64,000 nucleotides of DNA from Fimbriosthenelais zetlandica (lineage: Eukaryota). The DNA lies in NCBI GenBank assembly GCA_977030845.1, contig OZ365115.1, positions 31,434,001 to 31,498,000 on the forward strand, in the 5' to 3' direction. The position numbers and the translations under genes were made by a program. Positions 1 to 11,265 of the stretch are shown here, one piece after another; positions within the stretch are counted from its first letter, which is position 1, and every line of letters begins with the position of its first letter. The notes beneath the pieces are model-generated. The model made no database searches. It saw only the letters and a program-made list of their open reading frames with translations, and was not told the origin of the DNA.

Positions 1-496
1 TGCACCAATGCCACCAAAATCAAATTTCATGAGAAAAGCAATATATTGTAGAGGTGCTGCAGCACCAACGTAAAACAAATTAAGGCTACACAATAATAGG
101 TATCACTCAATGTCAGATGCGAATGGAAAGTTTTGATGGGTTGAGAACAGGAGTAATGGGATGGGGACAGGAGAAGAGTTGATGATGAGCTATAGACAAA
201 ATGAAAAGTACATTTATACAATCATGCACCTGCCGTCCTATAATTATAACATTCTTAACTACATCCCGCCCTATACGAGAGTGACAATTAGCGATTGATG
301 AAGAACATATGAACAGCCATCAGCGAAAAAGAACCGCGGCAGAAGAAAACTGTCATTTCTTATATAGTAATTCAACAATTAGATGAGCTGGCCACAAGCC
401 TGGTCCCATCAGCATACAGGGGGATGTCATAAAGCAGGTTTGGCGGCCAACAATAAATGGATTGAGTCTGGTGAGCCTTGTACGAGAGGACTGGGA

Positions 497-561
497 ATCA
501 ATCAATTAATTGCATTAATCCGCCTTCCATGCCCCTCCCTCTGTGCCGTTGCTATGGCAAC
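497..561. promoter_or_regulatory. Candidate enhancer: PBX-type and homeodomain sites plus a canonical RFX X-box
   Basis: ATCAATCAATTAATTGCATTAATCC at 497-521 (TGATTGAT on minus, TAATT, TAATCC) and GTTGCTATGGCAAC at 548-561, matching the RFX X-box consensus. Motif match only. Confidence 0.4.
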
Positions 562-932
562 AAATCCCATGTAGACACTTAGGTAATTATCTATATCTTA
601 GTTATATATATCAATGGGATCAGGCATGGAGAAGCATCCACATATATATGGTATGATGGAGGACTCCCGGTGCCCACCCTGACTGGGCACTCGTATTTCA
701 TGCACACTAAGTGGTGGTTGTCGCTATGTGGCTAAAAACTGCATATATATATATGTTCTGTCTTTACCAAAGGGTTTACCAACAATATTTGCATCGATAT
801 AGCACATGAATCTGTGCAAGCACAGAATATTTGACATAGCGTATATTTTTTATGTTCATACATATTCATGCAAGCATTTACCGTGCACCAACGTTGCAGG
901 ATTCCATAGTCTAGTTGAAAGACGACGATTTT

Positions 933-960
933 ACTCACCTAAAAAAATAGAAAAAAATAG
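933..960 (-). other. Candidate recursive splice site (3'ss directly followed by a 5'ss)
   Basis: Minus strand reads CTATTTTTTTCTATTTTTTTAG|GTGAGT: pyrimidine tract 960-941, AG 940-939, GTGAGT 938-933. Confidence 0.35.
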
Positions 961-2676
961 AATCATGACTAAACCATAGGACACCAATGGCAAATAAGAG
1001 AACAGACTTATAGAATATATAAACGAATGTATGGCTCTACCAACAATGATGATTTTGAAACTTTTTGAAATCAGTTTTAGGAAAGTTACAAAAAGCAAAT
1101 AGTCCAAATTTATGAAAAATTCTCAAAATAAACATTATTCCTGTGTGTAGAACATGTGATATCCGTGTGACCTTTGAATCAAGGAACCCATTCCTCAGGA
1201 GGAATGTCCACTTGATGTGTTATTGATTGTCAAACCTATAAAGCTACTCCTCCAATATTGATCGTGCCAGCGCATTATCTACAAACCATAACCATAGGAC
1301 AACCCCCTACAAACATCCCAGACAAAAACATTATCCTTCCTAAAATATCCCATACGCATATCAAATTAGGAACATAGAAAACTTTTCCAAGCAATACACA
1401 AGAGGCATTTAAAAAGTTTTTCAAAGTTATTCAATGAATATTGACCTGTGCTTCTGCATACATCCCCTCGGGGAATGTAGCTTGTATGTCCAATAATCTG
1501 GTCGACATAAATGTAGTGACTCAAGCACACACTGACTTTATCGATCAACATATATGGAAAGAGGAAAAAATCTTCAAAGCTATTACAGCCCATTCAATTC
1601 TGGAGCCACATACTCAGAAACAATAGAGCAGAATACCAAGCTGGAAGGCAAACACAGAAATGAAACTGATCGTTCTCATTTGCTTCGCTCCGTCCAGTCT
1701 GACTAGATTTATTGGGATTCTTGGGGAGCATTTGTTGAAGCATCTTCAGAGTATTGGAGGAAGATGGAGATGGATTCATCACTAGTAGAGGCTCATCACG
1801 CGATGTCCAGGCAGTGGTGGGAGGTAAAACAGGACCGACATGTCATCTGTGGGAGGCATGCTTCAACTTCACAAAACACTCCTCTACTCTCATCTAACAT
1901 CATCTCATAGAATCGAAATTTAATCCACTGAATCCTCCCAGTCAAATCAACCCATTTTTTCAATATTTCAATTCCAAGATTGTCAGTTTGGATCCGAGAA
2001 GATTTTGTTCATTTGAAAAGCATCAACAGACACATTTCTAGACACATGACCCATTTATGATTTAGGACACAGTGTGTGTGTCTAATCCTGGTGCCTGCAA
2101 CAAAATTGAAGACCAAAGGTTTTGATAATTCACCTGCTGCAAGCAACAGTTAACACTGATGCTACTGTGTTCTAGCTTGGCGAGCAAGAAGAGAAAAGTT
2201 GCTACAATTTGATGCCTTCAAGTGACACATGGCAGCATACATCCCTGTGTGCACGAATCTTCAGTCTTACCATAGCCTTTCGATTGAAGTTATAGCATCG
2301 AAAGACAGTTCAAGATCTAGACCATCTTGTCAAGTGACTCACTAAGAAGTGATTCGTCATCTTTGGTGATGCAAGTCAGAGAAGCCCGGGACAAAGGAGC
2401 GGCTTGGAATATAAAACGGAAGATCAAGAGCTGATAATTGTCTTATATTCAGAGCAGCAGACCCCACAATAATTTCCCACAAGGTAGAACTTGTACAATA
2501 TATTGAGGGAAGGCTAATTTTGGCGGGCATGTCAGGGGTGGAGGAGGTAGAGAGACTTTGTCCATGCTCTGTAATTCCTTTAAGACTAGCCCCATCATAG
2601 CAGGGTAAGCCCTTTCACTCTACATTCTATTGAGACAGACGATGTTCTTGAGGTGATTGCTCATTCTCGGTTGGAC

Positions 2677-2742
2677 CCAATGATTGATGGGCGGGCGGGC
2701 AGGCGAGGCGAGAAGAAGGCCATGTCAGTGCTTGGTCAATCA
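2677..2742. promoter_or_regulatory. Candidate cis-regulatory cluster (CCAAT, PBX-type sites, GC boxes)
   Basis: CCAAT 2677-2681, TGATTGAT 2681-2688, GGGCGGGCGGGC 2689-2700, TGTCA 2723-2727, GTCAATCA 2735-2742, in a locally CpG-rich patch. Confidence 0.3.
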
Positions 2743-5008
2743 CTGATCTGAGAGCGGGCTAAAGACAAGCCTCAATATCCAAAATGCCAGTATTCACAGC
2801 AGCGGAGGAGATGCCAGGGGTTAGAAGTGGGACAGACTGTGGTCTCTCTCACGCTCTCCACATACCTGACAACCAGTCGTTTTGAATCCAGCCGGGGAGA
2901 GCCTAGCAATATGGTCACTGTAATGAAAACTAATGAACCAATACCATTCAAGCCATCCATCACGAGCAAGCCATCAAAAGGCAGCTAAGGTAGCTAGAGC
3001 CAATTGGGGAGGCATTTCATAACCAAGGCCTTGACCACTGCCCTACATGCATGGCTACTCCAACAAGCTGTTTTATGAGGGCACGGGCAGTGACACCTGA
3101 TGATAAATTACGTCTGGGGGATTGAGCAACTAATCCACATCACCTATTGCAATTGTGGCTCCAGTCATAACCCGAATAACATCCGAAGGCACAGGCAGCA
3201 AAGGCAATAAATAAAGTTATTGGGAAGATAATTAGATGTATTTGTAAGCGATGCAAAATTGTTCCCCGGTCGCTGCTGGGGCCGAATGAAGTAGAGCCGG
3301 AGGAGAGAAGCAACAAAGTGGTGACATTTCAATTCACGACAAATAGCGGTATGGGGATTAGGTGTCGCACGCCTGGTTTCCCCGCTCAGCCTGTCCAATG
3401 GAAGCGTAAGGTGGGATATTTGACTCTCTCTTCACAGGCCGTTTGCTGGCCGCTACTAAATCAAGACTTGAACAAAGATGGCTGACACAGCTGGCCTCTG
3501 CCTCAGGTCCCTCGAGCCTGAACTGGTCGACCCATGTTTAACCATGAGTCGCAGCATACAAACTAACAGCTCAATAGCAACCATCCGTCTCTGACAATAT
3601 TCTCCACTCGCCATGCTTTACTTGAAAACTCAATAATTTAATACTTTTCCCCAAGCTCCTATACTGTCACATGATTATATGTCATATTGAAACTGGGAAA
3701 TTTTGTTGTGGTGCTAGTATTAATGATTTTGTAAAAGTAATATTTAATTTAATATTAAGGGTTCCGTGCCATGCTTAAAGTTAAACTCCAAAGAGTTTCA
3801 TTCCTTTGTAAGCGTGAAAAAGCTTTCAGTTGTGCAACCAAAGCCTGTGACCTTTGGATGCGAAGTGGATTTAAAAAGTTTTAGGGTTTCGCGAGAACAT
3901 AAAATTCACATTAAGTCGGAGTTTTTTTCAAGTCAGTTTTTTAAGAAAGCACATGGTCTCTTGTACGTTTACTTCTCAAAGTTCCATTAATTTTTTGGTT
4001 ATTCCATAGTTCTGAAATGAGTCCTGTATCAAGAAAGCAGCATTATAATATCTCGTATGCAATGTACATCATAGAATATCATGGAAAATGATGCATTTTC
4101 CCTAAATCATATTGCAGAAAAGCTGATCTCATGTTATGCTATCATCAGTGAAACATCAAGAATATTCCCCTGCCAGGATCTGTGATACCGCTAGCACCAA
4201 GCAGGTTAAGTGGCTTTCTCTGCCGTTTAGAACTAAGTCGGCCGGAAATTAAGGGCCTGGAGATAAATGAAAAGTTGGGGCTAGTCCTCGCTGGCAGTTC
4301 CAGCTCTCGGCTTGGTCCACGGCAACCGAAACAAAATATCCATAGTCTGGGTAGTGGTTAGATGTGGGTCTTTGACTGAGAGAAGCAATAGGAAACTCAT
4401 ACTAACAGGCCGAGATATCAAGTGTGAAAGAGAGGGAGAGAGAGAGCAGAGAGTGTAGATTAGGGGTAAGAGATATATAATAGAAAGTAGAAAGAGAACA
4501 GAGTGAGGGACACAGATTCTTGTAAATGCAATATTCACATCGCTCAGTATATATATTTAGCATCTTTCTTAGTGTATAGTAGTGCCAACTACTACGACTC
4601 AGAAACGGTTTCCAAACTACGACACAGAAAAACAGAAGGTGGCCTTGAGTGAAAGATGTTACCTTGTGAGCCCATACAACTCAGAGCTTAATTAGAGCCT
4701 TGCCGGCTGACACCTTTGAACACTTTCATTAACCACAGGTCACATCCTCTCAATGCCAAAGACTTCCTTGACGTGCCCGTCAAGACATACAGTACAGAAT
4801 TCCCCAGATCTCCACATTTCACCCACCAAGAAAGGTTTCCTGTCCAACAGATGAACCAAGAATAAGCCTTAGAAATAGAGCACAAAGGCAGTCTCTGCTT
4901 TAATTGATACATCAGGGGATTCCTTTTTTCTCTTATAAGTAGAGACCCTCGTTTCACCTTGCCAAACAACATTCTCTTGTTTCCTCCTCTCACCCTATCC
5001 TGGCAAGA

Positions 5009-5106
5009 GGAAGTGACGTCAGACCCCCCTACCGCTCACCATGACAACCAACCGGAAGTGCTTTCATGTATGTGACACGTGGTCAGACCTTGGAGCAGCA
5101 GCCATG
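5009..5106. promoter_or_regulatory. Promoter/enhancer-like cluster: ETS-CRE composite, ETS site, E-box
   Basis: GGAAGTGACGTCA 5009-5021, ACCGGAAGTG 5051-5060, CACGTG 5076-5081, GCCATG 5101-5106. Confidence 0.4.
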
Positions 5107-8100
5107 CTGGAATTCACCCCATAGTCTCACAATTATCCTACATCCTTCAGAGAAAAAATAAACCAGTGAATGATGACCAAAGTCAATTCAACCCGCAAAG
5201 GCTTGTTTCGAGGAGGATTTCCTTGGAGAATGTAACTGATAATTAAAGCGGGATTTAAGGCAGGGGAAGACTATTACCCAGCCCAGCTGATGGATGGTGA
5301 ATTTATCATTACAAAAACCTGAGGCTGTGCTATTTAAGAATGTCTCTTTTAAGCGATTGACAGTGACTGGGTGGTCCCCCATGCTGGAGGTGTGAGAGGT
5401 CAGCACAAGGGGCCCCTCATCCATCACATGTTATATCCTGATGGTCAAGCAGCTTCACCTTTGCTAGACCTTTGAAAAGATTCTATATAAGGTATAGTGC
5501 CTCCCCCCCCCCTCAGGCTCCCCCCATCCTCCCACCCCGTCCCCACGTGAACGCAGGCTGCCCAAGCCAATCTAGCACTATTGGCTGGCCCTATTACACA
5601 GGCCTACACAAGGCAGTTCCCAAAGGCATGGAGAGGAATTATTCTTCTGATCATAGTTATTGGCTTATAGAACTTAATATTGGTTTAACACTTGTTATGT
5701 AAACTATGGCCAATACTTTTGGAGTCTTGTGGACATTAGGAACATATACACTGCCCCCACTGGGCACAAGATGGATGGAGATTGTCAAGTCTTCAAGTCA
5801 ATTAATCGAAAACAAGACACAATCTATTTTTTAGAACTGGAAATTGTTTTTTAAACTGATTTCCCGCTTTAGCTACAATAAAGCGAACACTTTTAAAGTG
5901 GAGAACCACAATTTCATAAGAAAAGTCGTAGGAGGAAGTTATAAATCAATATTTCCAAATCCCCGGGCAATTACGAAGTATTTAATCAGAAAAGGACATT
6001 CTTTGATCCCGACAAACGCAAAAGAACCCTGGAAATAATATTTTTAGGAATAATAAGAGACCCATAACAGAGTAGGAAACCGACATCAGACAAAGCCCTA
6101 TTTTTTGGCCAGAGACAGCAAAGCCAAGAAGAATGTGGCCAGTACTTATCGTAGTAATTTCATGGATCATAACCCCACTGCCCCTTCCAATTCCACTGGC
6201 AATGCATCGCTGTTGTATATTTAATTCGGAGGAATCAGAACATGCCCGTCTTCCTCTAATCCCTTCCCATTGAGTGGTAGGATACTGATCCTGTAATCTC
6301 AAGCCAAGATATTTTGGCATCGGGCGGGGTGACCGGTGGTCAAGAGACGCGGGCCAAGCCGGGCAGATTGTAAGCTGACTGGGACTTCAATTACGGGGCT
6401 ATGAAAGGAGGAAGTGGCGGGGATGATAAAGCCTAGTGGTTAATGGCTTCCCTCGAACTAATGATAAATACCACAGGAGGGTCAGACCGGGACAGGGACC
6501 AATCATCTGGCTTTTTGGCCAACCTTTACCCTGCTTTCATCTCCTCAAAGCCTCATACACTCAAGTGCTCTTTTTGCACAGACCCTGTAAAGACGGGATG
6601 TCTTTTCCCATGGTTGTTTTTTCTTGGATATTCTATGGAGAGATATCCCTGATATCAAAAGTATGGGAAATGAAGGAAAGTAAAGGTTTCTTCTCAAGAA
6701 ATAAGTCAACGGAGATAGGGGGCTGTTTATAATCTCTTTTTTTGCGTGGGCCTGTCCAGTTCAATTTCGAAAGTATATGCCTACCTTTCAAGACTTTCAA
6801 TCCTAGAAATAGCTTTTAAAAGACCTAAATGGAAATGCAGGAAATGATAGTATCATCATGAAGTCCTCATAATACAACCGACAGGACTCTTGATAAGAAT
6901 AATCATGTAATGTCCAAAAACAGGGGGCAATGAACTCTGATAATTCAACAGATTTTTCCTTTCTTATCCAGCAGATTCAAACCAGGGACCACACGCGTCT
7001 CTTGAGTGCTCGAGCAACGTGATAAAGAGATATTCAATTGAGATATTGAAGATTGCAAAGAGGAGGCTCCAAGTACAGGACCCAAGGTATTCATCCCATA
7101 ATGACATCTATATCGATCTCACAAAGAACTACCCTCCACAGCTCCACAGCAAAAAGCAACCTCCTCACCCTTAAACTGCAGGCATTCCACCCTAGGCCAT
7201 ACTAATAGAGGCACAATGGCAAGACCCATCAAAGAAATGGTACAAACAGGCTGCATCGCTCTCTGGCAAAGCAAAGGAAAAAGTGTGAACATATTGGAAA
7301 ATTAGCTATAAATTCACACAGGGTCATCGTCAGAGTGCCCCCTGTATGTTCTATGCCCTGTTTCCCCCCTCCTTCCCCATGTACACAATGATCACAAGCC
7401 ATTGAGCCCCTCAGGCTTGAAGCGAGCAATTATGAGCACAATAGGAAATCAATGACCTCACAATACTACACAGATTGGCTCTATAAATAGCTGTTTATTC
7501 TGGCCAGGAGAGGTGGAGCCGTGATGTAAGTCTTAAAGGTGTGCTGGAGTACCATCATCATTACTAATACCACTAATATAGAGTAGGCTGGAATCAATGT
7601 GTATGCTAAAATACTTCATACAGTATATCACTCTGTAATGTATATGAGTGCAAGCTCTTAAAGATTCAGCTTACTTTCAGTATCCTTTGAGGCAATTACT
7701 GCAGACATTGACATAAAGTCATTTAGCATTCATTGATTTGGGAGTTGGTACTATTCCTACTTACAAAAAATCCTATTATCCCAACTATTTCTATTAAATG
7801 CATCAAACATTAGCCCCAATTTTGATTTTAAAATATTTTTTTTCATAAATGATCATTTTCTAATCTTAATTAGTATCCAACATTGAGATAAGCCATATAG
7901 CCAGCTCTGCAGGGACCCATCTCTTCGTTAAATTCTCCCTAAGACTTAGCATGGAATTAACAAACCAGGAAAGACACCCCTGTTGCATAATGCAAATATT
8001 ATCAGATCAAGTTCAGGACTTCTTTTAAAAAAAAGTCAGTTCCTCTTGATGTATCTGACTAAGTGAATGTTTTATACCTCTAAGGGACAACCTCTAAGGG

Positions 8101-9392
8101 ATTAGAGATATGCAAAGTGGCTGATAAGGTGTGAGCCTCCTTGATTAGTCTCAATGCTCCAACACCTGCTCTTGAGTAAGGAGAATACTAAATGGTCCTC
8201 ACACAAATACAGATACAGGTAACTCTTAAAACACTGTGCAAGAAGAACTCATATATATTCTACAGTCAAGTTCCTACTGTATACACTAGACAATATAATC
8301 CAAAATATATAATGGCCAAAATAGTCTAGGGCAATTTTATATGGGTAAATTGTTTGATTGTAACGCACGTTTTTGTACCTGCACTGGTTACAATTATGCA
8401 GCAAAAACAAAAAGGACTGAGTGATATGGAACGAACATTAGCTATACAATATCTCTTCATACAAAAAGAATTAATGTGGTTTGGCTGAAAGTATAGGTTT
8501 GCTCTAATGATAAATATCTACCTTTTGTATAATATAATGGGGACTTCTTTGGATTCCTGGTATTACGTCAATCATGAGAGACATTTACTCCTAGAGAAGA
8601 GTACATAGGAATATAGGTATTGATTCAATAAAACCATTAAAAGACTCTGCTCCTAAGCTTCCTACAGATGTCAATACACACCCTCAGTAGTCATAGTAAG
8701 ATCCCCTCACTATATGTATAGGCAAACCTGCTTTAAGGCAAATGAAAGCAACATCTTTACGGCAACCTGAGTTTGGACTTTAAAATCGATAAAAGTCTTC
8801 CCCTGGAAGGGATGGCATAAATCCCTCGCAGCCACGGCTTCCAGGCCGAGTCTAATCAATGGAGAATTACAGTATTTTAATCCCTTCTTCTTCTGAAGGT
8901 ACAATTATGACGGCGCCGAATGGAATCATTCATGTAAAGGACCTTAGACGGGATAAGCCATCAATAAAATCTCTAAATAGAACAAACAACCAGGGACATA
9001 TATAGCTATATATGGAGCTCAGCTGTGAATATAAGTTGCAATATAATTGCTGTCTTCCCATGCAGTCAATGTCGTTGGTATATACTTTCATCTAAGAATC
9101 GAGACAAATATATGAAAGGGGGGAGAAAAGAAACTTGGGTCCTTATTCAATTGACAGCCAAAGAAACAGAATAAATGGGAAAAGTGTGAGGAAAAACATC
9201 CAAGCTGGAAGTTTCCCTATGATGCATTCATTTCATAAGAGATGGATTTAGATGGCGGTCACTTCTATAGCATTGGAGTGGTGCGCTGTATTTGCTTCCA
9301 TTGATGGCAGACTTTCATATCTGGACTATGCAGGGTGGCTATCAATCTAATCAGTTGCTTCAAGGGGGGAGAAGCAAGACTCCAACCGTGCA

Positions 9393-9491
9393 TTGCGGAA
9401 AACACAACCACGGGTAATGGCACCCGCTCGGATGTGTCGCAGGAAATTGATCCCCTTCAAAACTGTGCAAATGGACTTTGAGAGACCTCTG
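9393..9491 (+). mobile_element. Possible decayed LTR-retrotransposon (Gypsy-like) integrase fragment
   Basis: Frame reads LRKTQPRVMAPARMCRRKLIPFKTVQMDFERPL. PFKTVQMDFERPL resembles the PF-x-x-V-x-MDF-x-GPL motif around the first catalytic Asp. The rest of the DDE core is not recognisable. Confidence 0.3.
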
Positions 9492-10563
9492 ACAGGGGAA
9501 ATGGACAGGGAGAAGGGGAGTCGGTTAAACAGTGGCATGGTCCCAGTTACCCGGCGATCACCCGCTGGTCTAATGGAAGCCAGTGCTTGAGAAGTGCTTC
9601 AAATACAAGAGAGCGGGCAGAGATCGCAGGGCGGAGGAGAGAAGAGCGGCCCGGCCAGTGGGGGATCAGATGAGATGAGATGAGTCCCAGCACTTCCTAG
9701 TGTAAACACACAGGGCTATACCACACTATCACTTCCCATGTAAACCACATATGGTCTATAGGCTCTCTGGGTATATTGCCTTTAAGGCCTATACCAAAGA
9801 TTCTGCTGTATAGTAGAATCTTTGCCTATACTCAGACCAATGCCTAGGAATGGTTTATAAAATTCAGCCATCCTGTATAATAGTACCGAGGGCTGGAACT
9901 GGCTGGATCGTGATCCGATGAAAAAGCTTTTGCATTGACGTACATTCATAGTTTGCATATCTTTCAGTATAACACTGAAACACTGATACACTGAGAGTAT
10001 ATATTGAGCCTGCGAGTGTCACCTTGAGTGCACCTCGCCATCAATACATTTAGATAATTGCCTCATTTCCCACACTGTGTTTCCATCAAATGAAACAATC
10101 ATCGACTGTGGATCATGTTTGCATCACATTGCCTGATCCCTTTGACCTTTCGATCAAAATTCGGTAAACATTTCCAACTCGACAATGAAGTAGCAACATT
10201 ATAGAAGGATCAGGTTCGACTAAGTAGCCACAAAATGATCGGCTTCTCAAGTGTTTGTCAATGAAAGTATTCCTGACATTTATATTAAAACAGGGAGATG
10301 GGACTCAATGTGCAATTTTAGAGGGAGGTGACCTTTAAAGAGATGAACAAATTATATGTGAACAAATTAATATGTGACTGTTTTGTTAAACGTTCAGCAA
10401 GTTTTCAATTCTCTCAATAGAGAAGAAACACGTTGTCAACACACAAATGCTCTTCTCGAACAGCCGCAATGGTTCTTTAGACGCCACTCAGTTCACCATA
10501 GACAGTGGCTAGCATTCCATATTTCAGTTAGTAGCTGTGGGTTCAGAAAAGCAATGGCAAATA

Positions 10564-10608
10564 TGGAGAACGCGCGGGGAATTGAACCTGGGGCCTCCTG
10601 CACTCAAA
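10564..10608 (-). pseudogene. tRNA-Ala-derived remnant (3' half; tRNA pseudogene or SINE head)
   Basis: Minus strand TTTGAGTGCAGGAGGCCCCAGGTTCAATTCCCCGCGCGTTCTCCA resembles the metazoan tRNA-Ala 3' half (...GAGGCCCCGGGTTCGATCCCCGGCATCTCCA) and has a B-box GGTTCAATT. No recognisable D-arm or A-box. Confidence 0.55.
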
Positions 10609-11192
10609 TTATCCACAGCCCAACTCAAGTGAATCACCTGGAATAATGTCTGGAGGATCTAGGATGTTTAAGGGTTCTTGAATTCCAATGATATGAACAA
10701 GGAACAACAACTAAAACGTAGCTTCAATGAAATGAGACTGGGATAATGAGGTCTTGGAGGTGGAGGGATTTATAATGATAGAGATGGATTAAAAGCCTGT
10801 ACTTGACACCTCTAGTTATTGACTCAGTCACCGTTGTCAATGCAGCTCCCATTTGCCATCAGCGTCACCAAATAGAAAGCCAGCGTCAAGCAGTGTTTGC
10901 TTGTATCACATGCCTTGTGGATCCAACAAGAGAAACAATCACTATCACTCTGATCAGCATGGTTAGAGACGGCTCCATCCACTGGGGAAATATTTGTCAG
11001 TGATAGCTAGAGAGATTTTCTCTTGGTTTTTTTTCCACTAGATGAGTTCTGTTTTACCAGTGTGTGGTACAGAAGTGTGGAGTGAAAGAAATCAGGAAGT
11101 GAAGTACATAGATCTATATTGCGAAGTTGGAGCTATTAATATAATAGTTTACTTCAAGCATGGGTGAGGTGTATTATTTAATGATATTAATC

Positions 11193-11265
11193 ATAATTTA
11201 ATAAGTCGAATAGCAAGTAAATAGAATGGACCTTAGCTGATAATTTAATCAGGTCAATAGCAAGT
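11193..11265. repeat. Imperfect 26-bp direct repeat, period 47 bp
   Basis: ATAATTTAATAAGTCGAATAGCAAGT (11193-11218) and ATAATTTAATCAGGTCAATAGCAAGT (11240-11265). Confidence 0.7.

Noticed and set aside
4830-4915. KGSLCFN*YIRG resembling a Gag zinc-knuckle start
   Set aside because: Requires reading through stops, and the rest of the CCHC motif is missing.
6104-6187. FGQRQQSQEECGQYLS**FHGS*PHCPF resembling a Gypsy Gag F-x-x-R-x-Q...C-x-F motif
   Set aside because: Three stops in 28 codons; similarity too thin without a profile search.
6975-7020. B-box-like GTCCCTGGTTTGAATC on minus, and a plus-strand exon-like segment 6971-7087
   Set aside because: Only about 16 nt of tRNA likeness with no A-box; the exon donor (GTATTC) is mediocre.
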